Source: a virus (Duplodnaviria; Caudoviricetes). From it: a DNA stretch of 64,000 nt. Below are positions 30,101 to 39,827 of the stretch, in pieces. Location: the IMG/VR virus record IMGVR_UViG_3300033066_001190, positions 42,588-106,587 of that record; one strand, written 5' to 3'. The position numbers and the translations under genes were made by a program. Each line of letters begins with the position of its first letter. The first letter of the stretch is position 1. The notes beneath the pieces were generated by a model. That model had not been told where the DNA came from. It did not search any database and saw only the letters and a program-made list of their open reading frames with translations.

Positions 30101-33100
30101 ACTCCTGTTTCAGATAAACCTCAAGAACAAGTAACTCCTGAACCTGTTGAAGAAATTAAATCTGATAACTCTTTTGAAAAAATCAAATCGGAAATTGATA
30201 ATTTACCAAAAGAAGAAATAAAAACATTGCAATCTCTTTCTGAGATTGAAGCTAGATATCCTAATTTGAGTGAATCGGATCAAGAAAAGCTTTATGATTA
30301 TGTAGATACAAAACTTAACTCTTTAGAAAAAGAAGCAGATAAAGTGTCTACTTTTAAAGACAAAACAGGTAAAGAATTTTCTCTAACAAAGAAAGATCAA
30401 ATTCTTGTTAATGGGGAAGTGTTTAACCCTATTTCCTATGAAAATAATAGACTGAAAGGGAAGTATTTAAATAATTCACAAGAAATATCCCTTAATCCAG
30501 AAGATTTTGAAATTTCTACAGATAAAGAAGCTATAAATAAAGTTCTTTCTAAAACAAAAAAGGAAGAAACAAAAGAAACAGAGGATTTTATTTCTGCTGA
30601 AACTCTTCTTGATAAAGAACCTAAAGCTACATCTTCTGATATTGAAGCACAAAAAGCTGATATAGAAAGAAGAAAACAAGAGGAGTTAATCATTCCTAAT
30701 ACAAATACTTCTTTGTATGACAGTGTTAAAAAATTAGAAAAAGGTATTGAAGATATTACAAACAAAATAGCTGAATTAGAAAAAGAAGGTAAAGGTAATA
30801 TTGCTAATCAAAGAACAGGAGTTACATCTCTTTCTGGATTAGCAACTGATAGGAAAAGATTAGAAGACATTCGTGAAAAAGAGCTAGAGAAAATAAACAA
30901 AATCAATGCTAAATATGATGCAGAATTAGCTGCTTTAGAAGGTAAAAAAGAAGAAACAAAACCTGTAGAAGAAGTTGAACCTGTTTCTAATGAAGAGTTA
31001 GAAAAGGAATTACTACAAATAAATGAGCAAATTAAAGATGCTTTAAATGATGAAACTTCTACTATAACAGTAGAAGAGTTAGCTAAACTAGCTAATAGAC
31101 AAAAAGAAATAAAAGCTGCTTTAGGTATTACAGAATCTAAACCTGAAACTAAAGAAGAAAAGGTTGAAAAAGTACAAGAAAAAGAAACTAAAATAACCGA
31201 TAGTAAATTAAGTAAGGTTTACTATCCTTTTTCTACCACTCCTCAATATGTTACAAAATCTGGTATAACTGATGATCCTTTTATTCAAATTCAATCTAAC
31301 GCTTTAAACAAGCTTAAAAAGGAGAACGAACTAAAGTCTTATGAAGACATGGGTGTATTTGTTACAGTTATGAACAATACATTCCCATTGGACGAAAAAC
31401 ATCAGCCTAAAAATACTCTAGATGCTGTAAATTCAGGTAAAATAACAAAAGAAAGGGTAGAAGAAGGAAGGATTGCTGTTCTTACAAATAAAAATGGAGA
31501 ACCTTTATATTTTGACAACGATGGAAATAGAACAACTAGTGATAAAGGAACAGTTGTTTATCAACCATTACGAGGAACTATCAAAGATGGTAAACTTGAT
31601 ATGTCCAAACAAAACATTCCAACACAAGAGGAATTAAAAGCTTCTGGAGATTTAGAAAGGTTCAATATAGAAATTCAAAGACTTACAGAAGTACGTCTTT
31701 CAAAAGAACCTGTTACATTAAAAATAGCAGAAATTACTAAAGGTGTTGACAATTTTAATAAATCTGAAAGAACAAAAATTGATTCTAATAAGTATGATAT
31801 TCTTATAAAATCAAATGGTTATGTTGTAGCAAAAGATAAAACCAACAACATAGAAGCTCCTATTTATAGGTCAACATTGGAAGCAGCAGGATTATCTGAT
31901 TTCATTGCTGCCTTTATGAACATGAATAATAAAGAAGGTTTGGCTGCCAATCTTAAAAATGATTGGCAAGCAAGACGGGATTTCCTAGAAAAAGTTATCT
32001 ACACATCTCCTGCTAGAAGAATACGCTTTAATGAACCAAATCTATTTTTAACATCTTCTGAAGAAGTATCTAAACTTCCTGTAAACGTATCCCAAATCTA
32101 CTTAAATGAAAAATTTGATTGGTATAAATGGGACGGTAATAAATTTATCCCAGATAATTTTAATACTTACCAAGATTTCTTGGCAGATAAACTAACTGTA
32201 GCTTCTGTATCTCCTAGTTATAATTCCTATATTAAATTAGGTGAACAAATATCTAAAGAAACAAAACCTATTCAGGAATCACCAAAACCTGAACAAGCTC
32301 CTTTAATTCAATCTCCTGTAGCTAAAGAATTTAAGAAATCAAATAGATCACAAGGAATAAAAATAAATACTGATGCGAAAGGATTATCAGGAGTTAGCAA
32401 AAAAACAGACCTTAAAAGAACTAAACTTCTTGGTAAACGGATTACAGAAGAACAAAATAAAATAGCTAAAGAGTGGTTTGATCAATATTTGAAACAATCA
32501 GGAGCTAATTTTGAAGACTTAAGAGATGTTGTAAATTCTGATGCATGGGCTACATGGTCTACTGCTGCTATTAAATTATGGCAAGGTGGGGATTTTACAG
32601 ATTTATATCACGAAGCTTTCCATGATTTCAGTCAATTGTTTTTAACAAAAGAACAAAAGAAATCTCTTTATGACGAAGTAAGAAAAACAAAACCTAGAAT
32701 ATCTGATTTTGAAGCAGAAGAAATTATAGCTGAGGATTTCAGAAAATACATGTTATCTGGTCAAAAGTTAATTCTTAATAATAGAGTAAAAAGAAATACC
32801 ATCTTTAGGAAGATGTATAACTTTTTAAGAGAGTTATTTACAGGAACACCTTCGTTAGAAGTAGTTTATCAAAAATTAGCTAATCAAAATATTTCTTCTT
32901 ATAAAAGAAATGTTGATAATGCTTTATTTGGTAAACTTAATAAAAACATAGAAGGTTTAACCTTCACTGAATCTGTAAATCTATATAGAGCTTTAGATAG
33001 CTTAATAGCTAAACAATTTAGAGAATTTGGAATACCTATTTCTAGATTATTCAAAGAAAAAGAAGTAATTGAAAAAACATATCAGCAAGTTGCTTTAGAT

Positions 33101-36100
33101 TTAAAAGCTGCTTTAGATCAAAATGAACAAGATTACAATGTTTTAGTTGATAGATATGCCGAAGCTGATGAGTTGACAAAATTATCTCTCTTACCAGATT
33201 TAACAGCTCTTGAAAAACTTGTTAACAATCTATCTTTTGTTCTGGAGAATTTTAATGATGTAAGGGCTAAACACCTTGTAGAATCTGAGTTTTTGAAAAT
33301 CTCTAAAAGCTTTGTTCCCGAAGAAATAATAGACGAATTAAATCCAGAAACTAAAGATGCTATATATGATGATAAAGAACAGGAATCTGCAAAAGATAGA
33401 GCTTCTAATCAAATCATTTATCTATTAGCTTCTTTACCGAAATACATTAACAAAAACGGAGAAAAGGTATTAGCTTACAATCCTTTTATTGATGTAATTG
33501 AAGACATTACAGAGTTTGATTTAGCTTGGAATAGGTTAGCTAAAAAACTTACAGGAGTTAGAGATTATAAAGTGATGATTGAAAAAATTCAGGAATTGAC
33601 AAAAACTAACCCCGAATATGAAGAATTATTAAAGTCTTTACCAAATCCAAATATGGATGGTAAAGAGTTAACTCTTTTAGAAATTCAGTTAAGAAATCAA
33701 TTCATTAATACTTTTTCTCAGCCTTATGTACCATTAAAGTTTGCTTCATGGTGGAAAGATGAAAAAGGTCAATTGAGAATAAATACCAAAGAAGCCACTG
33801 GTAAATCATTTGATTTATTAAAATTGGATTGGGATGAAAATATTCAATCTATTCCAAACGAATATAGAATATTGGATGAAACTACAGGTCAATATTCTAT
33901 TGATATTGATAAAATAACTAAAGATTTTGAAAACATCAACAAACTTCGTCCAAAAAGGAAAGAAGAGTTTTTAAAAGCTTTGGGATTTTCATTTTCACCA
34001 CAAACATTAGAATCTCCCGAATACCTAGATTTGATTACAGATAATCTTGTATTGGGTAAAATATACAACGCTATAAAAGATTTATCTAATCTCAAAAATG
34101 GTATTTTACCAAATGGGTATGAATTAACTGATTTTGAAAAAGAGTTTGTAAATAAACCTGTTACATCAATTATTGATGCTATAAAAGTATCTAAACATGG
34201 AAAAGATAAAAATAGTATTCAGAGATTAGGTGATTCTCCAATTTTAATTCAGGGTCAAAAAGACAACATAGAACAAATTCAAGCTATTGAAATAAATTAT
34301 TCTGATAGGTATTTCTCTGATAATTTGTTGAATTCTGAAAACTCAAACGTTTGGGCAATAAGACCTTGGAGTCAACAATCTGTTTTATATAGTTATTTGA
34401 ATGATCCTAAGTTTGAAACTTATGAAGATTTAATAAATGATCCAACAGGAGCTTATTTTGATATATCTAAAAACCCAGATGCTGATAATATTTATCTAAA
34501 TTCTGTATTTGATGTTGTAACAGGTAAACGTAGATTAGATAGGAAAGGTAATCCTGTAAAAATTAATCTCTATAACCATAATGGTTTAGAAATCAATTTT
34601 GGAAATGAAACAAAAGGTGGTAAAACAACCTCTCTTTCTAGGTTTGAAAAATTAGTACAAGATATAGCTCCATTGTTATTATCTGGAAACAAGGAGCATA
34701 TTCGATATGGTGATAAAACTACTTCTAATGGTACTGAAATTAGGTTTAAAAGGCTTGTAGAACCTAAAGCTGAAAACCCATACCTACCTGTAGATATATC
34801 TTCTTTTAAAAATACTTACCTCCCACAAGAAGCAAAAGCGATATTTAGGAGAATACTTCATTCTGCCCTCTATCAAACCAATCAATATTTTACTGAGGGT
34901 ATAGGTAAAGATTTTTCTAACTTTAATCAAAATCTTGAAAAGGAAGAATATTGGGGATATTTTGATGGTATTCTCTCAGAAGAAACCAAAAAAGCTTTAA
35001 TTAGTCAAGGTTTAATTGAAAAACCTCTTGATATATTTAAATTGATTGACGATAACTCAAAATTAATTTATAGGGATTTAGAGGTATTTCTTGAAAATGA
35101 CGTAAAGAAAATAAAAAAAGAAGTAGAATCTAACTATGCTGTTTCTACCGAAGATTTTATTCCTAATGAACTTTTGAAGAAAACAATCTATGGTGAAACA
35201 GAACAACAAAGTTTAGAAACAATTTATAGGGCTTTTGCTATAAATTCTTACATCATGAATCTTGAACACACTAGATTATTGTTTCAAGATCCTAGATTTT
35301 ATGATAATAAAAAAGGTAGTTATAGAGAACCTTTTAAACGTTATGCTAAAGCCTCTTCTACAGGAACTATAGCTGTAAATGATGACCAGCAAAATGAATT
35401 TTTACAAGGTAGTAGATTAGAAAAACAATTATACGATAGTAAAAATCCAGACAACAAATCTCCAGAATGGACAGAAACAGGTATTGAAAACAGTGTTATT
35501 TTTAATGATGTTGTTATTTCTGCTGATGATTTTGTAAACCAAATTGAAGATATATTCAAAGATAAACCTTTAGAAGAACAATTAGCTGTAAGAAAAGCTT
35601 ATTCTGATATTACTTCTACAGATGCTTTTGGTTTTTGTACATTTGATTGGTACAGACAGTGGGAAATTAGAAGTGGAAATGATAATTGGAACAATGAAAA
35701 GGAAGAATTATATAAGAAAATTGTTACAAAACAACCTATTTCTGAAGACGAATTACTAAAATCTTTTGCTTTTTTCCCACCAAAAAAACTAAGGGTTGTT
35801 GGATTTACTTTTAATAGGAAGACTAATAGGTTTGTACCTATAGATTATAAATTTGCAGTTTCTCCACTTTTACCTAATTTGGTAGAAGGTAAGACATATG
35901 AAGTTGTAAAAGATAACATGTTAAGACAGAATATATCTTTGGGATTGTTTAAATCAGCCTCTAAGCATTCTGCAATTACATCTGATGGTAAATTTAATGA
36001 TTTGTATAATAAAGATGGAAGCGTTAATACAGGTGATTATACAATTAACCCTATTTACTCTGAATTCATTTTTGAAGTGGTTGCATCTCCAAAAGATTAT

Positions 36101-39100
36101 AAAGGAAGTGTAAGTTTTTCAACACAGTTGAGAAAATTGTTGTTTGTCAACTCTTTTAATAATGGAGTACCAATTGATTTTAAAGGTGATAATTGGGAAA
36201 GTTTATCTCAATCTGAAAAAATAAAACAGTCTAACATATATAGACTTGAACAAGAATTTGGGGATACAATAGATAAATTGGTTCAAAATGAGAAAGAAAA
36301 GCTATTAAAATCTCTTAATATAAAAATAGACTCTGAAGGAAATTACGATGTTTCTGAAGAAAAACTATCAGAGTTATTAGAAAAGGAGTTTAAGAAAAGA
36401 AATCTACCAAATAACGTAATCAAAAGTATACAAACTGTAAATGGTAAATTTAAGTATGCTTTAGACGCATCTTTACAAAGAGAAACAATAGAACAGATAA
36501 TTCTATCTATTGTAGATAATAGGTTAAGGAAACAAAAAGGTTTAGGAGAATCCCTCATTCAAGCCTCTTCTATCGGGTATGAAAACAAAACACTTGACAG
36601 AGTTAGTAGTTGGAAATCTATAAATGGTAATGATTTACCTTTTTATCAATATGTAAAAGATGGTAAAACTAAGGCTCAAAAGGTTAAAATAGCTCTACAA
36701 GGTGATTTTAAAAATCTTTTAAATCTGCCTCAAGTAAAAACTCTTTCTGAAAGAAACGATATAAAACCTATAGAGGCTTTAAATACACTTCTTAAAGACG
36801 AAGGTTTTGTAGATTCTATAAGAGATTTAATTACTATTACAGGTGTAAGGATTCCTGTACAAGGAACTAACTCTATGGAATTTATGGAAGTTTATGAATT
36901 CCTTCCAGAAGAAGCTGGTTCTGTAATTATTGTTTCTCCTGCTCTTGTAGCTAAATCAGGAGGTGACTTTGACTGGGATAAAATTACATCTTTATATCCT
37001 TCTTTTAATGTGACAGAATCAGGTATACTGATTTATCCAAATCAATCAGAAAAAGTAAATGAATCTGTATATAGAAATTTAGTAAAAGAATTTGATAAAG
37101 AAATTAGCAATGTTCCTGATTTTTACAATAAATTAATAAAGAGTATTTTTGATATTTCTCCAGAAGATTTACAAGATGAGTTAGTATCAGAAGATATATT
37201 TCAAACTAAAACTGTTCCAAGTTTTAAAACATATAATAGAGTTCAAACTAAGAAAGCTTTGAACAATAGGTTAAATCAAATAATTAGAGAAACCTTAGAA
37301 AGACCTGATATGTTTGAATCTTTGGTTACACCAAACTCTACTTACTTGTTTGAAGATATTGCAGATAAGAGGTTAGAAGCAATTTCTAAAAATAAACCAA
37401 CTTATTCTGATATACCTAGTGTGACAGAATCACTTAATCAGTTTGAATCAAACACTGTAGGTAAACAATCTTTGGGTATTGGTGCTATATGGAATACATT
37501 ATTTTCACAAATGCAAAAAGCAGGAGTGGTTTTAAATAAAACCTATATTACCAACATTGATTCTGCTAAACCGTTAGTAAAACAAACAGTAAACAGACTT
37601 CCTCACAACAAAACAAAATCAGGAAATATGTCTTTATCTGGGATTTATTCTCAGACTTATAAAGGAACAAAATATCCTATTTCAGAAGTTATATCTCAAT
37701 TAATGAATGGTTGGGTGGATGTAGCTAAAAAAGATTGGATTTTCTATATTAATGGTAGAAAAGAAATAGCTCCTACATTATTATATACAGCTACAACAGG
37801 TGTTCATAAAGATTTGTTAGTAGGCTTTTTTAATCAACCTATTTTGTACGAATACATAAAAAATCTACAAAATTACAAGTCTCAGATAGTAAGGTTAAAA
37901 GATGAAAATCTTTACAACAATGCTAAAAAGAATGCTATTTATGATACATTGTCTAAATATTTACCAGAATCTATTCTAAATGACTTAACAACTGCTTTTG
38001 AAAACGGTTCTCAAGGTTGGGAATTTTGGAATTACATAAATGTAGAATTGCGAAACTTAGCTGATTCTAATCCAGAAGCATTTGAACCAGAATCATTTAT
38101 GAAGTTTGCTATTCCTGTAGATAAAAAATTAGCAATCCCTTCAACAGATCAAGAAAAATTAAATCAGGCTCTTTACTTAGTTCAATTTTTAGAATTACAA
38201 GAACAGGGTAATATTGTTGAAAAATTGAGAAGGGTTGTTAATCAAGACACTGAAAAACCTGTCAATATTCAATATTCTAAAGAAAGACAGGTTAGAAGAG
38301 TTGAGTTAAAGGATTATAGATTGATTCCAGAGGAGTATATTGAAAAAATGGCTAACGAATCTGTAATCAAAGGATTTACTCATTCTAAAACAGGTATTGA
38401 TAAATTTGTTGAAAAGCTGACAAAAAATGTATTTGAAATAACAAATCATCCAGTTTTTAATAGATTTTTGTATGATGAATTTAATAAACCGACAAAAAAT
38501 AAATACAAGAATGAGGAAATTGTTGAATTTGGTAACAGTATACCGTTCTCAATAAAATATAACATTTACGAAGATTGGGTAAAAGCTGTTAAAAACCAGT
38601 TTATAGAATACCTATATCAAAACTATGTCTATAAGCCAAATACTACACAAAAAGTAGCTAATTATATTTTTGAAAAAATGAAACCTTCTACAGCATTAGC
38701 TTTAGAACTAGAAAATATAAAAACTGCATATCCAGATTTAGTGGAAAATAATCTACTTTTACAATTCTTGATTAGAGATAATTCAAGGGAAAAAGTGGGA
38801 GGAAAACCTAAATATGTAAATCTTAAACTTAGAAAAGATAGAATTGATTCATCAACAAGCAATGTATTAACAGAAGCTTTTGAAGATTTATTAAATTCTG
38901 ATATTTCAGAAATACAACAGTTTTCAAGAAAACTTGCTCATTTTGCATTTATTCAATCAGGTTTACAAAAATCCCCAATTTCTTTTGCAAATATCATTCC
39001 TCAAGAACATTATGGGGAAGATGTTTCCAACATTATAAAAGCATTTTCTGAATTAATGACAGAAAATCCTTTACAGGCTAAAAGAGAAATACAGAAATTT

Positions 39101-39820
39101 TATGATGATTATTTTAAGAAGTATAACAGAAAATTCTTTATTGCTCAACAAATATTTGATCCTGCAATAGGTAAAGATGTTAATGACATAGATTTTCAAA
39201 GTGAAGCTTACAGATTCCGTAATTTTGTGAATACAAGAGCTTATGATTTACTTTCTAAAAAACAAAATATAGAGATTAAAAAACAGCAAGAGTTTTTAGA
39301 TTCTGTTAAAAAAATGTCTACTATTTCAGACACCCCTTTTACAGAAACTACGGCTAAAGAAAATCCAAATAATTTTTATATTTACGAATTCAATGAAAGT
39401 AAATCTGGAAAATTGGGATCATCAAAAGTTAGAGAAGGTGGAAATAACACTGCTGCTATTATTTTAATGAAACAAGCTAAAGTGGAAGGCGGTAATTGGA
39501 CAGATGATACATATGCATCTAACATTAACCAAATAGATAGCTCTATTTCAGAAGCAATAGCAAAAATTCAACAACAAAAACCAGAGTCTATTGTTTTCCC
39601 TACAAATCTTACACAATTTTCTAAATTACAACAATTTGCTCCTAAGACGGCTGCATATTTATACAAAGCATTACAAGATAATTTTGGAATAGATATAAAA
39701 CCTGCTGATTTTGATAATTTTAAAGAAGCACCTGCTGTTGAACCTACTGTAACTACAGAAGTAAAACCTATAAATGATATTATTAAAGATTTAGGAGAAG
39801 ATCCTTTAACAAAATGTTAA
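27122..39820 (+). CDS. giant virion-packaged DNA-dependent RNA polymerase polyprotein (crAss/phi14:2 gp66-like) with zincin domain
   Basis: GVRIPVQGTNSM (~36842) and SGGDFDWDK (DFDWD 36965-36979) catalytic region, STQLRKLL, TDAFGF. Zincin LYHEAFH (32609) with EEIIAEDF. Confidence 0.9.
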   Translation: MAETLKDLYGKLEKANIKLPDYDTFEKKYNTPEGADVLYKKLNSANIKLPDVESFKSKYFTTSTSDNLVKQDSDNIITKNLKNIVSNVTGYQFDQPEQKGIDFVFGKDKQNRSINTPSATITIDEESEPNYKLAALQTTGKVNLTPEDMDNPYVVERVRANKRNIDDQIQKVKDAYIETKDTDVLFSGIEDLKKIYQTKEGSFVKNQLDKDSKKIEEEIKLLENYKTENSGKGSELFPDEAEKIVGKKGILTKADVGNRLKELYAIRNTPKKELDDLLQVDESLNQVAKSLIKYKDDLAEAARETPEILVNQKEDNLLYNLAEYGTKVSNTNSKELYDANLLKFKKRIASDEQGNFIDLRQLLSNTTNNDYYTSNLVGDRAKFQEDTYNGIKALRDNIALAKDEKYGIPAQIKRLQQEKQQLIDTYAKANVPVPEQELRAFDDIIKYNENKLTNQNALSKKLDEIEKQYLSEYKDVKQYKEDNTKLSELYLKDSSKVGVLDQVSLEAKPFYKTLYGITGGVAQAIEQNITLPLEEKTGIISKEQRIAQSLDNYYAINNVNFLYVPDAIKNRQSIKITKDDKAPLGFKINDVNVRAALSEGVNTFIQSYAFGKAGQLFGKASGLSGAIGEELGTVWGGAFTSNVMMSEIDDQNIEKFLRGEIKFDDIVPKSTLEKTLEGATEAIWIPELKVLDHAGQEIVKKYALGKFLQESVGRKMLSDDFKYLAKTVVKNAIEVPLHESIEEIAGNAGQDVIDIAYKKSNLKYNPEENFTLLNNIQTALVTTISMWVTSAVGITSSALNRASIGDTYNYEIAKNADEFYNYAVAGINELDNKEFSKIYPQFASKQEAISTTKKVYDQYKQLFNEAAPTTSMLVSDVDKQNYFNILMDLKKMSLEPATEENTKKAAILLSKKLAYDVKASELRNKPIKERLSATLDESIDQLATDDINVPTLQATILQMEKWKTLLGDDKQYTKDVQRLDNKIAEVKQRIIDLTPVSDKPQEQVTPEPVEEIKSDNSFEKIKSEIDNLPKEEIKTLQSLSEIEARYPNLSESDQEKLYDYVDTKLNSLEKEADKVSTFKDKTGKEFSLTKKDQILVNGEVFNPISYENNRLKGKYLNNSQEISLNPEDFEISTDKEAINKVLSKTKKEETKETEDFISAETLLDKEPKATSSDIEAQKADIERRKQEELIIPNTNTSLYDSVKKLEKGIEDITNKIAELEKEGKGNIANQRTGVTSLSGLATDRKRLEDIREKELEKINKINAKYDAELAALEGKKEETKPVEEVEPVSNEELEKELLQINEQIKDALNDETSTITVEELAKLANRQKEIKAALGITESKPETKEEKVEKVQEKETKITDSKLSKVYYPFSTTPQYVTKSGITDDPFIQIQSNALNKLKKENELKSYEDMGVFVTVMNNTFPLDEKHQPKNTLDAVNSGKITKERVEEGRIAVLTNKNGEPLYFDNDGNRTTSDKGTVVYQPLRGTIKDGKLDMSKQNIPTQEELKASGDLERFNIEIQRLTEVRLSKEPVTLKIAEITKGVDNFNKSERTKIDSNKYDILIKSNGYVVAKDKTNNIEAPIYRSTLEAAGLSDFIAAFMNMNNKEGLAANLKNDWQARRDFLEKVIYTSPARRIRFNEPNLFLTSSEEVSKLPVNVSQIYLNEKFDWYKWDGNKFIPDNFNTYQDFLADKLTVASVSPSYNSYIKLGEQISKETKPIQESPKPEQAPLIQSPVAKEFKKSNRSQGIKINTDAKGLSGVSKKTDLKRTKLLGKRITEEQNKIAKEWFDQYLKQSGANFEDLRDVVNSDAWATWSTAAIKLWQGGDFTDLYHEAFHDFSQLFLTKEQKKSLYDEVRKTKPRISDFEAEEIIAEDFRKYMLSGQKLILNNRVKRNTIFRKMYNFLRELFTGTPSLEVVYQKLANQNISSYKRNVDNALFGKLNKNIEGLTFTESVNLYRALDSLIAKQFREFGIPISRLFKEKEVIEKTYQQVALDLKAALDQNEQDYNVLVDRYAEADELTKLSLLPDLTALEKLVNNLSFVLENFNDVRAKHLVESEFLKISKSFVPEEIIDELNPETKDAIYDDKEQESAKDRASNQIIYLLASLPKYINKNGEKVLAYNPFIDVIEDITEFDLAWNRLAKKLTGVRDYKVMIEKIQELTKTNPEYEELLKSLPNPNMDGKELTLLEIQLRNQFINTFSQPYVPLKFASWWKDEKGQLRINTKEATGKSFDLLKLDWDENIQSIPNEYRILDETTGQYSIDIDKITKDFENINKLRPKRKEEFLKALGFSFSPQTLESPEYLDLITDNLVLGKIYNAIKDLSNLKNGILPNGYELTDFEKEFVNKPVTSIIDAIKVSKHGKDKNSIQRLGDSPILIQGQKDNIEQIQAIEINYSDRYFSDNLLNSENSNVWAIRPWSQQSVLYSYLNDPKFETYEDLINDPTGAYFDISKNPDADNIYLNSVFDVVTGKRRLDRKGNPVKINLYNHNGLEINFGNETKGGKTTSLSRFEKLVQDIAPLLLSGNKEHIRYGDKTTSNGTEIRFKRLVEPKAENPYLPVDISSFKNTYLPQEAKAIFRRILHSALYQTNQYFTEGIGKDFSNFNQNLEKEEYWGYFDGILSEETKKALISQGLIEKPLDIFKLIDDNSKLIYRDLEVFLENDVKKIKKEVESNYAVSTEDFIPNELLKKTIYGETEQQSLETIYRAFAINSYIMNLEHTRLLFQDPRFYDNKKGSYREPFKRYAKASSTGTIAVNDDQQNEFLQGSRLEKQLYDSKNPDNKSPEWTETGIENSVIFNDVVISADDFVNQIEDIFKDKPLEEQLAVRKAYSDITSTDAFGFCTFDWYRQWEIRSGNDNWNNEKEELYKKIVTKQPISEDELLKSFAFFPPKKLRVVGFTFNRKTNRFVPIDYKFAVSPLLPNLVEGKTYEVVKDNMLRQNISLGLFKSASKHSAITSDGKFNDLYNKDGSVNTGDYTINPIYSEFIFEVVASPKDYKGSVSFSTQLRKLLFVNSFNNGVPIDFKGDNWESLSQSEKIKQSNIYRLEQEFGDTIDKLVQNEKEKLLKSLNIKIDSEGNYDVSEEKLSELLEKEFKKRNLPNNVIKSIQTVNGKFKYALDASLQRETIEQIILSIVDNRLRKQKGLGESLIQASSIGYENKTLDRVSSWKSINGNDLPFYQYVKDGKTKAQKVKIALQGDFKNLLNLPQVKTLSERNDIKPIEALNTLLKDEGFVDSIRDLITITGVRIPVQGTNSMEFMEVYEFLPEEAGSVIIVSPALVAKSGGDFDWDKITSLYPSFNVTESGILIYPNQSEKVNESVYRNLVKEFDKEISNVPDFYNKLIKSIFDISPEDLQDELVSEDIFQTKTVPSFKTYNRVQTKKALNNRLNQIIRETLERPDMFESLVTPNSTYLFEDIADKRLEAISKNKPTYSDIPSVTESLNQFESNTVGKQSLGIGAIWNTLFSQMQKAGVVLNKTYITNIDSAKPLVKQTVNRLPHNKTKSGNMSLSGIYSQTYKGTKYPISEVISQLMNGWVDVAKKDWIFYINGRKEIAPTLLYTATTGVHKDLLVGFFNQPILYEYIKNLQNYKSQIVRLKDENLYNNAKKNAIYDTLSKYLPESILNDLTTAFENGSQGWEFWNYINVELRNLADSNPEAFEPESFMKFAIPVDKKLAIPSTDQEKLNQALYLVQFLELQEQGNIVEKLRRVVNQDTEKPVNIQYSKERQVRRVELKDYRLIPEEYIEKMANESVIKGFTHSKTGIDKFVEKLTKNVFEITNHPVFNRFLYDEFNKPTKNKYKNEEIVEFGNSIPFSIKYNIYEDWVKAVKNQFIEYLYQNYVYKPNTTQKVANYIFEKMKPSTALALELENIKTAYPDLVENNLLLQFLIRDNSREKVGGKPKYVNLKLRKDRIDSSTSNVLTEAFEDLLNSDISEIQQFSRKLAHFAFIQSGLQKSPISFANIIPQEHYGEDVSNIIKAFSELMTENPLQAKREIQKFYDDYFKKYNRKFFIAQQIFDPAIGKDVNDIDFQSEAYRFRNFVNTRAYDLLSKKQNIEIKKQQEFLDSVKKMSTISDTPFTETTAKENPNNFYIYEFNESKSGKLGSSKVREGGNNTAAIILMKQAKVEGGNWTDDTYASNINQIDSSISEAIAKIQQQKPESIVFPTNLTQFSKLQQFAPKTAAYLYKALQDNFGIDIKPADFDNFKEAPAVEPTVTTEVKPINDIIKDLGEDPLTKC

Positions 39821-39827
39821 AACAAAA

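Noticed and set aside
27122-39820. Intein or intron in the RNAP gene
   Set aside because: Single continuous ORF. No internal C...HN-[CST] intein signature or LAGLIDADG motif seen.
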